From NCBI RefSeq assembly GCF_009914755.1, contig NC_060926.1: a stretch of DNA of 64,000 bases; one strand, 5' to 3'. Position numbers and translations under genes: made by a program. Within the stretch, counting starts at the first letter, position 1. The number at the start of each line of letters is the position of its first letter. The notes under the pieces are model-generated. The model was given only the letters and a program-made list of their open reading frames with translations, did not search any database and was not told the DNA's origin. The DNA is from the human T2T-CHM13v2.0 reference genome, Homo sapiens. Below, in pieces: positions 47,630 to 61,110 of this stretch.

Positions 47630-47800
47630 TGAATCTCTACCGTTAAGTCAGGCACTATGCTGAATGCTTATATTTTAATACAACAATCCTATCAACAGGG
47701 AGTACTATTGTTAGCCTCTTCATGGATGATGAAAATGAGGTTTTAAGGTAAGAAAACTACCAATATCACACATCTAGTAAGTAGCTTAGCATAGATTCAG
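47630..47800 (-). mobile_element. MIR
   Basis: gtcaggcactatgct...gatgatgaaaatgagg...atcacacatctagtaagtag. Confidence 0.65.
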
Positions 47801-48051
47801 AAGCAAGAGTTAAAAGGTGAAAAATGGGGAAAAGGACTGAAGGAGATAGGCCTTCTCAGGATATCATTCTTAACATCAAAAACTGTATCTTAAACGTATT
47901 TAATACAATGAAGTGGCATGAATCATGTTACATGACAATATACATGACAACTTTTTAAAAAATATATTCATATCATGAAGACTTTATAACATCAAATAAA
48001 AGCCAACATGGGAAAAAAAAAAACCTTGTATACCCTTTAGACTCCAGATTT

Positions 48052-48352
48052 GGCCAAGCGTGGTGGCTCACGCCTATAATCCCAACACTTTGGGAGGCAG
48101 AGGTGGAAGGATCACTTGAGCCCAGGAATTCAAGACCAGCCTAGGCAATATAGTGAGACCCCATCTCTACAAAACAAATTAAAATTAACTGAGCATGGTG
48201 GTGTGCACCTGTGGTCCAAGCTACTTAAGAGGCCGAAGTGGGGAGGATTGCTTGAGACCAGTAAGTGGAGTCTGCAGTAAGCCATGATTGCACCACTGCA
48301 CTGTGTGACAGAGACAGACCCTGTCAAATATAGGGAAAAAACAAACAATAAA
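48052..48352 (+). mobile_element. AluJ
   Basis: ggatcacttgagcccagg; agcctaggcaatatagtgagacccc. Confidence 0.85.
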
Positions 48353-49094
48353 CCCTGGACTAGAATGAATTTTTCTGGGGAGAAGGTGTAGGATTCCAAA
48401 AAGACTAGGAATCACTGACAAAAAAAATTCTTCTCTTTTGCAATTTGGCAGCCCCTCTTAAAAATTTTTCCACTCTGTCCCTCACAAAGTCCCCCATCAC
48501 CCAACATACCACACTGTACCTTTGCAAACGCCATTTCTGCTGAGTTTCCCAGACTTCATGCAGAATTCTCCCTCTTCTAGGTTTCTACAGTACTTTGTTT
48601 CTGCCACTAATATATATATTTACATTATACGCAAATCTGTCTGAACAAGGCAAGGGGCCAATGTTGTTTCTTCAACACTAAATAAAATTATGAGGTGATT
48701 TCACAAAAATATCAAATTTGTACCAAAGATATCAATTAATTTGTTTTGTGCTTATTGTCAGACAACAAAAGACTTAGTACTCATTCATGGCAGTCAGTTT
48801 TAAACATACTGTTTAGTGAAAAATAATTCTTTTACAACAAAAACGATTGTTACCAGCTTCATATAATTAAAACTGAAAACCAAATTGTGTAACAGGTAGC
48901 ATAACATGTCAGTTTATATTATTTTAAAACCAAATGTTATTCCATAATCATTTATGCAACAACCCCAAATTTCAAACAATATTGAACACAATACAAATTT
49001 TTCATAAAACAAAACTTTTGGGTCTGAGTAGGCAGTACTGGAATTTAAACTACAATTAAGAGCCTAAGGGGATGCTTGCTCTATTTTAAGTGAT

Positions 49095-49260
49095 TGTAAC
49101 GCAGGAGTGTTTAACAGAACCACTTGAGCAGCTGTTTCAAAACACATATACACTCCATCTCCAGAGATGTTGATTTAGTAAGCTGAGGTGGCTACCAGGC
49201 CTATGGAATCTCTAAAATGCTCCCCAGCAATTTCTAATGAACAATACTGTTTAAGAACTA
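49095..49260. mobile_element. MER5-family fragment
   Basis: ccagagatgttgatttagtaagctgaggtgg...aaaatgctccccagcaatttctaatg...tttaagaacta. Confidence 0.5.
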
Positions 49261-49843
49261 TTTTCTATGAAATAGGCTTGACATGCTTTCAGCTTATATG
49301 TATGTGTATTTTTAAGTATCTTAAGCATTGCCACTATTTTGAAAGACCAAAGTTATTTACAGGGCATCTGACTTTCTGCGGTAGGTGTAGCTCCTTTAAA
49401 AGGTTATGTGCTTTTTGGTTGAGTCACTTTTCAGTAATTAAGCCTCAATCTATAGAAAATGAGATGCTCTTTAAGTGATACTTTCTTAAATTAAAATTTG
49501 AGGTATACAGATAATCGCGTCCACTAAATGTTACAACAGGAATTATTTGTACATAAATATATTCAATATGCACTAACTCTAGCCTTTACAAAAATAAAGC
49601 AATTGACAAAACACCTATTAGAGTATACCTACCCTGAGAATTATACACAATACTAATAGGTTTTATAACCAGAAAAAGTTGACATCAGAGCAAATCTTCA
49701 AATGTTGTTTCCAGAGTATATTCAACATTTTAAAATATAAAAATAGAAATATTTAAAATTATCTACACTGAGGTTACATAACTTTGGTAAAAGTTCCAAA
49801 GTTCACTAATATATTCCTAGGGGGCACTAAAAAAATCTACAAC

Positions 49844-49849
49844 TTTATT
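49844..49849 (-). terminator. SP3: Candidate distal poly(A) signal AATAAA
   Basis: mRNA sense AATAAAGTTGTAGATTTTTTTAG. Confidence 0.45.
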
Positions 49850-50652
49850 TAAATAATTTTCAAGACTACTTACTTTCTTCATTGCATTCATTCTCCACGA
49901 ATTCATAAAATATGCATGGACACCTATCGATTCAAAGTACACCATAAACTTACTGTAAAAATCCAGTATTACTTAAAACATCTCTACTATCATTCAAATG
50001 GTTTAATCTGACTTAATGGGCAGTTTGCTCAAGTGAACCACCTGCTGCTCACTTAATTCTCTTCACATTAATCTTAATTTAAAAATTCTAAAAATTACCT
50101 AAAGGATTTTAAGATTCAAAATCTAATCCCTGTAACTTCAAAATAATTGTAAATTCTAGTGGTTCCTTTATATTATTCCAAGTAGAACTTCCTATTTTAC
50201 ATCACAGGCTTAAGTCTCACATTTAGAAAAACTGTCCATGTTTATGCGTGTCTAGAGTTCTCCAATGCAATCAGGTATTACAGACAGAGTCAGACTGGGC
50301 CTGGAAAACAGAAAATGGACATCTTTACCCCCACTGTATACATGTGTTAAGAAACTTGATTTTTACTTTAAAACATCTACAATACACAATCACATTAATA
50401 CTCTTTCCTCCTACTCTGCCTTTATAATGATGAAACACATGCAAATTCAAAGGCAACTTTTTCAAGTAACTCCTGCCATGGTTACCAACGCTTGTCTTAT
50501 CATTTTCAGGAGTCTTAATGTAAATTCAGGTTTTTGATAAATCAAAATATTCTGCATTGCTTTAAAACGGAAAACAAAAAAATTGCAAAATGGTACTGAT
50601 AAAACTGATATGAATCAATGTGGGCTAAGGGCTAAGACTTTTTTTCAAAAAT

Positions 50653-50658
50653 TTTATT
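50653..50658 (-). terminator. SP3: Poly(A) signal AATAAA, overlapping ATTAAA
   Basis: mRNA sense ATTAAATAAAA about 1.6 kb after the stop. Confidence 0.6.
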
Positions 50659-50886
50659 TAATAAGCTCATTCTTATTTACTCTAGGTAAAAAATTAGTAA
50701 ATGACCAGTGTCTCTATATATCTCTTCTTCAAATAAATGCCTGTTTACAATTCAGTGTCTAAAATCAAGAATCTAAAAATAAAAAGCCAAGTTGAAGAAA
50801 AATAAACCACCAATTCTTACCCCATACCACTGCAATATTTTTTATGCATAGGAATACAACAAACTCAAAAGAAAAAAAAATAGTGT

Positions 50887-50892
50887 TTTATT
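50887..50892 (-). terminator. SP3: Poly(A) signal AATAAA with U/GU-rich downstream element
   Basis: mRNA sense AATAAAACACTA followed by TTTTTTTTTCTTTTGAGTTTGTTG. Confidence 0.65.
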
Positions 50893-51068
50893 AACTACCA
50901 CACTGTTATAATACACTTTAAACGTACAATAAGGTAGCCTTTAAATTTGAGGTGGTCTTAAGAATAACAAATGAACAGAATTCCAAATTTTTGAAATAGG
51001 TGAACTGCTGCAGTTACAGGTATACATTTAGGAAAACTGTATAGCTCTTACAAGACCAGCAATGTAAC

Positions 51069-51074
51069 TTTATT
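51069..51074 (-). terminator. SP3: Candidate proximal poly(A) signal AATAAA
   Basis: tttatt on + strand; a UGUA (CFIm) element lies just upstream in mRNA sense. Confidence 0.55.
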
Positions 51075-51467
51075 TTGTACATTTTTGAATTGAAAATATA
51101 AACAATAATTAAAAAATAAAAAGAAAATACAGCATAATAAAAAACATACGCTTCTCAATTAAATGTACTGGATACATATAAATTTTAAGGGAAGAAGCAA
51201 AAAAGGAAAATGATTGATATTTAAGTGCAGACTGACTACCTAGACAAAAAAAAAAAAGACTTAAAAAAATATCATAAAACCTCTAGTTCTTCTATGACTA
51301 ATATCCATATGGTTGGAGTATCGTCACTATGGAAGTGATTTTGTTATGTTTGCATATGTTACACTTTACTGGTAATTTACATGATGGCTTTTAAGGCCCT
51401 GGGAGACATGGTTTTTGGAAACAAGATTGGATAAAAATCACTGCTAAGACGCAATACACCTTATTTT

Positions 51468-51475
51468 TTTGGTCC
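51468..51475 (-). promoter_or_regulatory. miR-133 8mer site in SP3 3' UTR
   Basis: mRNA GGACCAAA is complementary to seed UUGGUCC plus A1. Confidence 0.5.
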
Positions 51476-51829
51476 TCCAATAGTCAAGAAAAGGGATAAT
51501 TCACTATAACATTCTCTTACCACCCAAATGCCTCAACTTATACATTTTAAACTTTTTTAAACATTGGTTATATTGCCCAACTTCGTTATTGAAAGAATAT
51601 TAACAAGACATTATTTTGGCAAATTAAATCTTAAACATGGCTTTTCAACAGGATTTAAAAGGTGACTATCCCTAGAGTTCCATGTTAAAATGTAGTTTTC
51701 AAAATCTTACAAGAGTAATGCTTAAAATATTGTACATAGTTAACCTAATTAAAATAATTAGCTTCAAAATGACAAATTGATAAGCTAAGTAAAGCCTACA
51801 CTATGTAACATTTGCTTGGAAACTTGATT

Positions 51830-51837
51830 TGTCAGTT
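51830..51837 (-). promoter_or_regulatory. miR-223-3p 8mer site in SP3 3' UTR
   Basis: mRNA AACTGACA is complementary to seed GUCAGUU plus A1. Confidence 0.6.
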
Positions 51838-52275
51838 ATGCATAATAAAAATTCCAGTCATCAAGAAAATTACAAAATTTTTTATCATAACATGATTTCT
51901 TTCACCCACCAGCTTTTTTATCTTACAATAGATAAATACCAACATGTTCTCATTTTTACACTAAACCACACAGGATTGATGCATTTGGTTAGACTACCAT
52001 TCGCATTGTTAAATTCAATTTTCTCTTTATATAACTTGGTAAAATTTCATTTCTTCTAGATTCCAAAAGTACCTACAAAACCCATGCAATTTTACCATTT
52101 TTAATATACTATGGAATATCATACAAAGTAAGGCATTTCAGTGTCATGTATAACCAAGTTACTGTCAATCCAAAAATTTTTGCACATCAATAAAAAGATA
52201 TCTAAGAACTTAGGAACAATATTCTTCTCACTACTGTATAAAAATAACCACAATGAATAAGTATTTGTGTAATAT

Positions 52276-52592
52276 TTACTCCATTGTCTCATTTCCAGAA
52301 ACTGTGACAAGCTGTAAAGGTATTTCAGTGTTGGTAAGGATATCTTGATTGCTGGTGGCGGAAGTATTAACAGTTCCTATCCCTGAAACAGAACCTTGTT
52401 GAATATTTGCAAGGATAAGCGTTGTTCCTCCTGCAGTAATCAAAGTATCATCTCGCGCAGCTTCCACAGATGCCAGCACTGTACTGCTAGAGTGAATACC
52501 TTTTTTATTCTGGTGTGTTTTAATATGTTTGGCAAGGTGGTCACTTCTCATAAAGCGTTTTGAACATTCTGGACAAACAAATTTCTTCTCAC
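52276..52592 (-). CDS. SP3: SP3 last coding exon: zinc finger 3 and C-terminal domain, stop TAA
   Basis: Acceptor ttttttcttaacag|GT, then (G)[38 protein letters not shown]...[13 protein letters not shown]. 317 bp, in frame with the upstream exon. Confidence 0.97.
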
Positions 52593-54052
52593 CTGTTAAG
52601 AAAAAAATTAAGTTACTTGGTTTTAAAAATTCAACTTTAATAGCTCAATCATCTCCCCCAAAACAGAAAGTAAGTCAACGCTGACAGGTGAGGATGGGAG
52701 CAGGGGTCTATTAAAATTGTATTCATTTTACGAGCTACCCCTGCCAGATTTCTCTTACAGAATATTTCTCCTTAAATCTTTCATCTTTACTTTTTGATGA
52801 CTAGCAGTCTTCAAACATGTATTATATAATAGATGGATATTCAAATAAGACTTTAATATCTCAACTACGCTAAGAGTTTGTTTGAAATACCTGTGTTAAG
52901 ATGCCAGCTAAAAAATAAGCATCTATAACACACTTTAAAGTCTAAATAAAAGTATATTCTTTCACGCTATAATTAAAATACTAACATGCCATGTTCATGA
53001 TACTAAACCTTCAACTCTTAAATATGAATTAAAGCAACAGGGTACTTCTAGATTAAAGAAATGACACCACAAGCTTGAGATCCAAAAAGAATGAGTAATC
53101 CTTAGAAAAATGAATCTGGCTAGCTGACTTGACTTCAGCTACAACAATCAAGAACAAGCCTAATATGTCAAGATGTTAAAGCTGTTAAAATCCTGATGCC
53201 TAAATTTATTTCCCAGCATGAATAAAGTAAGTTTAAATACAAAAGACAGACTGAACTTCTATTATGTTGAAGACCGACTCTGCAAGATTACCAAAAGAGA
53301 AGACAAAAGGCCAACCTAAAAGGAATTCAGAGAGAAATCAATAAAAATCAATCAATAAATCTAGTAAATATTTTCTTAATTCCTTTCTTCAAAAATGTCT
53401 TAGCTTGTATCCTTTGTTCTAGCACCTCTACTCTACATAGGTCTTTATCAGACCTCATGCTTGAACTATACTGCAGTCACATCCTAGTCTCTCTCTCTCT
53501 CCAGACTATCTTCCTTAAAGACCAAATTTTATTACATCAGAAAACTTCAAGATTATATTAAGTGATATGGAAATGCAAGGGTAACTTGCAGATGACGTAA
53601 CAGTTTAGATGCTCCACTGCCTAATTTACAAGGACCTTTAAAGTGTGCCTCAATCCTACTTAACAGAAATGTTATGTAAAATCTCATCCTCATTCACCGC
53701 TACAAAAAAAGGTCTCTCACTTCTTCTATTAACATACCACCATTTTTCTACTAAAGTATTTCCCAGTTTCTCTTGTAACATTAGTCCTGAGAGGTACTCC
53801 ATGGCAAACGGCACAAGGTTAGGAAATGCTACACACACATTACATCACTAACTTATAGATGCAAGCTGTCAATCTAGCATTTAATTTAAAGGTCCTAAGA
53901 GGTACTGCCTTGAAGGTACTTATACCCTCTTTGGCCCACTATTTCCTACACTTATTTGATCATTGACCTTTTTCTCCCTTTTACATTATTCCTTTTTACA
54001 ACCTGCTGATAAAATCCTACTGAGGAAAATTCTGTTAACAGGGCCATCATAA

Positions 54053-54490
<438 letters not shown>

Positions 54491-55400
54491 TAGGTTAATC
54501 TCATCTGTCTACCTACCCAATGAGAGACAGGAACTAAAACTATTAGAGCATCTGTATACTACTACAGACTTCATAGGTAATTTTATACAATACTGAAGGC
54601 CAAAGTAGGATATGTGAAGCAACGTCAGAGATAGTTTATTCGCTTAACCTAATAGGGAACTTGGATTGGAATCCAGATGACTTCAAAATCCATGTTGTTC
54701 TCCATTTTACCATGCTTCTTCCAAGCTCTCTAGGGATTGTAAATACATATTTTTCAATTCTCCAGTGTTGAGCATAGACTGATGAACACTTTAATCATTT
54801 ACATGGTAGTAGGAAAAAACTATCTCTAAGTTAACACTGTTAGGTTTCAGTGTAGATCAGTCACAGGTCCATTTCATTTAACAACCACACAACACTATGT
54901 AAAAATAATATAATCAGAGAAAGTCTTCACATCAACATTGCCTTGGTTATTCCTCAGTGAAATACCTTTCCCTTACCTCAGAGATACTAAAAACAAAAGA
55001 AAAGGTGAAATGCCCAAATATGTCAGAAGAAACAGGAGTATTTTTTGTTACAGTGTTAAGAGGAAAGAAAAAAAATAGGATAGATCAAGAGTAAAAGCTG
55101 ACAACTAATTAAAAATGTTAACAGAATAAAAATAGTATAAATGTGGTTTAAAGCATTCAATAATGTCAACAAAAGCCACCCAAAGTCTACTTAAATATAA
55201 CTTTATTTTAGAAGATAAGCCAGACTGACTTGTTCTTTGGAATTTGTGTTATTAAGATGGTGTTACTAAAGGTAAAAATTGGATGTAATTCATTGTATTT
55301 TAAAGATTCAGTTCAGTAAGGAATGCTAATAAAAAAGAAGTCAAGGCAGTTATGTAGCCCTATAATTCATTTTTGTCTGTTAAAAGTAAGTATTAGTAAC

Positions 55401-55597
55401 CTGTATGTGTTCTTCTGTGCCTCTGTAATTCATCACTTCGAGTAAATCTTTTACCACAGTACATCCAGTTACAAACAAAAGGGCGTTCTCCAGAATGCCA
55501 ACGCAGATGAGCTCTCAGATGTGAGGTCTTCCCATAGACTTTACCACATCCTGGTATATGACAAATGTGTTGCTTCTTTTTCCCAAGATTGGTACCT
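55401..55597 (-). CDS. SP3: SP3 penultimate coding exon, 197 bp: C2H2 zinc fingers 1 and 2
   Basis: [65 protein letters not shown]. Acceptor tttttag|A completes the AG-A (Arg) codon from the previous exon; donor CAG|gttact. Confidence 0.97.
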
Positions 55598-56799
55598 CTA
55601 AAAAACACACATAGAATAATATATACTTATATGAAAATATTCAAATGGACATTACCATTTACATCATATATCCCCATGTTGAATTTTAAATAGAAGACAT
55701 TATCATTACAAAGTCAATCAGAAACCAAAACCATTTAAAATCAGTTTAAATGAAAATTTATGTATTTCAAGCATATACATTTTATATATTAACCTTACTC
55801 CAGAATTAATGTGATTGTTGTCCAAATGTAAATATGCTCAAGAATTATGTAATTAAAAGGACATTTCATATGTAAAGAATGTACAATAAAGCTATTTATT
55901 CTTCTATCAGAACCATTCACAAATTCTACGCATAAGCCTGATCCACTTAATTATATAGGAAACTAAATGTGGTCTGTATTCAAAAGTCGTCAGATAATCA
56001 AAAATATATTTAAACCAAAGAATGAATACGTAACTGATCACAGGTACAATTAAAAGATATAGGCAGCTTTAGCAGACTTTAATATGATTTAAGAATATTT
56101 GTTCATATTTGTGTGGCCACACTCTGAATATACACTGACTTGGAGAAAGCTTTTTTTTAAATCTAGTTAAAGCAATGGTCTGAACTCCCTTAGCATTAGA
56201 TGAGATAAATACAAATCAAAATTATCTTTACATTTAAAATTCCCTTCATATTAACCATGTAAAAGATACCCAAAATTAGACACAAGAGATATAATAAAAT
56301 ACAGTTTTCTCCACATCACAAAATTGGACATTTATTACATTTCAGTATTTGATACCAAGAGCAGGGTTTAGAAGATATGAGATTAGATGGGTGAACAGAG
56401 GTATCTTAGCCTAAGCAAGAAGAAAACTTTTTTGATCCCAGAATTGATCATTTGAATAGTATTAAACACTACAGAAAATGTTATTTCTCAACCTTTTAAA
56501 ATAAAAAAAAAATTAGGCTTGTTACTGAATAAAAATAAATTAGTTTTTAAAAAACATGACACTTTGGACAAAACAATTTGTATAAACTTTACAATGTTTC
56601 TGAGTTTTTTTAAAAAAGTACATTTAGCCCCCTCCCCAACTCCCCTCCTCCCCCAATCTCACAGTTTAGGCATATCCTGTAAAACTTTCTATAGCCTGTA
56701 AATCCTCCTGTATACAATACACCTATCGTTTTTCAAATTTACTGGAAAAATGCATATTTCCCCACATTTATATTTTAATGTACTCACACTCAGTAGCAT

Positions 56800-57000
56800 G
56801 TGAAATTGCCATAGGACAAACAGTGCTAAACGGTGCAGTGCTGGCTGTTAGATGCCATAGGTGTTCTGAACAGGGAGACATCAATGTGGGCTCCAGTAGT
56901 TAGAGAAGGCTTCGTGGAGGAGGTGGGTAGGATTTAGATAGAAAGGAGGGAAGGCATTCCAGGCAGAGGAATAGCATAAGTAAAGACAAGGAGGAGTCAT
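56800..57000 (-). mobile_element. LINE-2 fragment
   Basis: agagaaggcttcgtggaggaggtg...gaaggcattccaggcagaggaatagcataagtaaag. Confidence 0.7.
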
Positions 57001-58689
57001 GCTGTTGTCTCAAGGGCAAGGATGTCATAATCTAACACAATTCTAGTTTCTGCTCCAGTCCACCCCCAATTTCTACAACTCTTCAAAGAGCTGAGTTAAG
57101 TGAAACAGGTTTTTCTGGCTCCCTTGCAATGCCAAAGTCTTACTAACCAAAGCCAATATTGATTCCATTTAATTTAGATTTTTAAATTTATTTTATTATT
57201 TAAAAATCCCTAAGAAAAACAGCAATGTTTGTGGCTACTGGTGTACAAACCAATTTTACATATCGTGTTCACCATAGCAATTTCACAGAGAACCCAATTC
57301 AGTTCACTCGTGTACTCATTATTTCATGCCTCTCCTCTAAGCCTACCACTCAGGTCAATAATCAACGCGCTTTTACAAACTCAAAAGTGCATTTCACAAA
57401 CTTAGCAAAATTTAGCATGGGAACACTAACAAAGCACAAGACTAACAAATTAACAGCAACAGATCTGGGTTCTCAAAGAAGCAAGAAGCTAGGGAAGGTA
57501 TTTTTAACTGAATTATTAGGAAATAAGAAATATTATTTGAAAATGGGACAGGCATCTAGGAAAGAAAAAACATAGGGGCGGGGTTGCACACATATTTAAG
57601 GAAAAAGCTCAACATCCAGGCCCAAAATTCTATTTAAAAAGAAAATTTCATTCAAAGTAAGATATAGATATGGTAGATGTGGATTTACGGCATGTCATAC
57701 CAAGGCTTGAAGGGAGAGAACTGAAGTGAATTTCTCAACAAAGTTCAGGAATAAAAGATTTAAAGTTTTCTTCTTGATTAATATCCACACCACTAATGCC
57801 TATAATATAGGAAAAACTAATAATTTTACGTTTTTATTCTTGAGTGTCTAAACTTGTTCCCAATAATTTAATAATGCTAAGATAGAGTGGAAGCTAAACT
57901 GTGGGTAGAGGAGTTAAGAAAAGTTAAGTAAATACACTCTCTTCTGCTCAGGGTGGGAAAAACAGGACATAAACTGAAATGCTGACAAAGAAAACAGATT
58001 GTGCACAATTTTAAAAATATGGACTGATGTTTAATCCATACAAAACCTATATAACAATCATGCCTCTAGAATGTATTTTACTTACAATTATTTGTCTCTC
58101 ACTAGGTTATCTCTCACTAGTTTAAACAGTCTCTGAAAGCTGGTTCTGCTCAATAAATATTTGCTAAATAATTACAACTTTTAAATATTTTATATTTTAC
58201 ACCTTACTTTAAAAGGTAAACAAATAAAATTTACTTCTCTAAAGATGAATAAAATCAGTTCTCTAAAAATGCCATCTTGCCCATATTCTTTAAAAAAATA
58301 ATGGTTGCAAAAAAAGACAAATATTCTAAAAAACTTTTTTAATTACTATCTGTATCAACTTGCAGAATACTTTAGAATAGTTTGGATTTACTACCTATGT
58401 TATGCTTCTATCAATTAGGTACAATTGTCATTTATACAAGTGTGTCTATCACACATATACTGCTTGAATTTTGTTCAAACAAGCTCTAAGAAACAATATA
58501 GTTTCTTTTCTTAGGAATCTCAATTTTTATTGCTTAGAATAAGTGAGCTATTAAAGAATGAAGTCACAAAAGTTCTAGAAAAAATATAAATGAACATTTT
58601 TATAATTCTCAGAATACGGAAAACTTGTAATAGCATGGTAACAAGGCATCTAATAAAGGAAAGGCTGACCAACTTTAATTTTTTGTGCT

Positions 58690-59470
58690 TAAAATGTTTG
58701 CAAGGTGTAAGTGATGGAACTGTTTCTTTACTTGTGTAATAACAATGCATTCTATAAACCACTGACAAAGGCAATGTAAAACTGGGAAAAAACATTTGCA
58801 CGTGACAGAGTTACATAAATTAACAGATTTACAAAAAAAAAGAAACAATTCAAAAAATAAATTTTAAAATGGCAAAATAACATCCCCAAAAATGCTCAAC
58901 CTCACCAAGTAATTTAAAAATATACTAAGACAATATTAAGGTATTTTTCATCTGTCAGACTTTCAAAGGTTAAAAATAATTGTAAAATTCATTGTTGGCA
59001 AAGGTGTGGGAAACTAGATACTCTCACACACTGCTGGTTAGAGTATAAACTAGCCTTTCTAGCAGACAATTCCCTTTAACCCAGCAATTTCACTTCTGCC
59101 AACTTATACAAATAAAATAATCAGACAAATGTGCAAAGACATACGTGTAAGATTATGACAATAAATTCCCAACAAAAGATGTTAAATCACTCTACATCCA
59201 TACAATAGAATACAACAGAATACTATACAGCCATAAAAATGATTCAGACTATATAGACTTGAAAATATGGTCACAAAAATTCTCAAAACAAGAACAGACA
59301 TATAAAACAGTGAGAATAAGATGATTCTACTTTAAAATACATGTAACATCTTAAAGGACATACACAAACACATTACTAGCTTAACTTGAAGAGGGGTGAG
59401 ATTTTGGTGTTTTTAAATGTCCTATGTGTCTACATTTTTATGAGCATGTTTTAGTTTAATAAACATAAAC
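58690..59470 (+). mobile_element. L1ME fragment
   Basis: aaatgctcaacctcac; gttggcaaaggtgtgggaaac; aacccagcaatttcacttct. Confidence 0.7.
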
Positions 59471-60917
59471 TAATTAAAACATTTTCATTTTAAAATAAAG
59501 AATAAGTGAAACAAAGGCCAGGCCTCCGTTAGATTTGACTTTTGTGAATAATTTATCTTAAAAGCCCCTCTAAAATGAGTTTCAGAAAAGTTACTGCCTA
59601 GTTAGAATTCACAATTTTAATTGACCAAAATATGTCAAAAAACAAAACTTTAATTACAATAAACATGAATACCTAAGGATCAGATGTAGAAGGAGAGTCA
59701 CTTGGGAGGCAGTATAGTTTAATGGTTAAGGCTCTGGAGTAAAACTAGGTCCAAATCCCTGTTGTGTGTGCTCTTAGGAGTCACTCAACCTCTCTATGTC
59801 TCACTTCTAACACCACTGGGAATACGGTAAACTCTCAATGTTACCAGTTGTTAGCAATTATTATTACTGGAAAGGGCTGGCCAATGTGCAACTCAAAGGC
59901 AGATAGAAAAGCTCTATTAGATCAAGTTTGTTAACTCTATTAAAAGTACATTTTATCTACTTAAACAGTGCATTTCTAAGAAAGGTATGTTAATTTTCAC
60001 CATGACAAGGGATTTGGTTAAGTATGGCTTTAGAGTTCTATCCGTTTTTGCTCTATATATTTCAAAGCTGCACAAAAAAGGGACCGTGACTATTAAATCT
60101 TCTTGGTGGAAATTTAATATTATTAACAAGAAATACATCTCTGTCTTATTTGGGGCTTTCACCTCAATTCCGTCTCGTGTGATATATTAACACTGCTATC
60201 CAAGTTTTCTTTTTGTTAATACTTGCCTGATAAATCTTTTTCCATCCCTCATCTTCAATATTCCTGTGCCAATTATTTCAGGTGTTCTTTATAATTAACA
60301 TCAGTCTGGATCTTGTTTTTTTTTTTAAAAAAAATATGATCTGAGTCTCAATCTCTTCATTATTAAGCTTAGTACATCCATATTTAACATAATTTCTGAT
60401 CATTTTGAGTTTACTCCAGTCATGTTATTCTGTCTTAATGTTTACCTTTAAAAAGACTGAACTGAAATACAATCCCATTTTTTAAAAAATTCAATCTATT
60501 AAGGCTTATTTTTCACTTCTAAGAAAATGGAAATACTTATGCTTATCAGCCATTCCTGAACTTAATTTTTACGTAACTACTATTCTCAACCTAAAAAATC
60601 AACTTTTTATCTATATTTAGGCAAATTCCATTGCTGGTTTGCAAACAGGCTAATTTCTGATCAGTGTGGGCCTGTTAAATGGCATCTGCTGTACTATTTT
60701 TGAAACAGCAAACTAATAATTTTAGTTTAAAAAACATTGAGAACTGAAAATCCAATTCCATATATTTTGTTCTCTAACTTCTGCCACACGCATACACACA
60801 CACCAAAAATGATCATGTAATAATTTCTCATAATTAAATGACATAGCATGCAGTATTTCAAAAATCAGAATGATATTAGCACTCTTAAAAATATATATGT
60901 GTTTCATGTATGCATAC

Positions 60918-61110
60918 CTTCCACCACCTTCTTTACAGTTGGGACAGGTGCAAGCTACCCTCCGAAGTCTTTTTCCTTCTTGATGTTGTTGGTCCCCTTC
61001 TTCATCTACCACCTGTACTCTTAAGTGTGTTAGGTCATTGGTATTCAAGGTAGAATCACCACTGAGCTGCCACTCTTCAGGATCAGGTTCTTCTTCCTTG
61101 ATCCTAATAT
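60918..61110 (-). CDS. SP3: SP3 coding exon (third from last), 193 bp: inhibitory domain with IKEE SUMO motif and buttonhead box
   Basis: Translates (D)IRIKEEEPDPEEWQLSGDSTLNTNDLTHLRVQVVDEEGDQQHQEGKRLRRVACTCPNCKEGGG(R). Acceptor ttttttccctttag at 61111, donor AG|gtatgc at 60917. Phase 1 in, phase 2 out. Confidence 0.97.

Larger units (their letters stand above)
48780..52275 (-). other. SP3: SP3 3' UTR (proximal ~1.6 kb well supported; distal extension likely, end uncertain)
   Basis: AT-rich, largely repeat-free sequence following the stop, with several AATAAA signals and miRNA seed matches on the minus strand. Confidence 0.75.

Noticed and set aside
55596-55600. Tandem acceptor TAGAG at the finger 1-2 exon
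   Set aside because: The second AG shifts the frame by 2 nt; only the first AG gives the Sp3 sequence.
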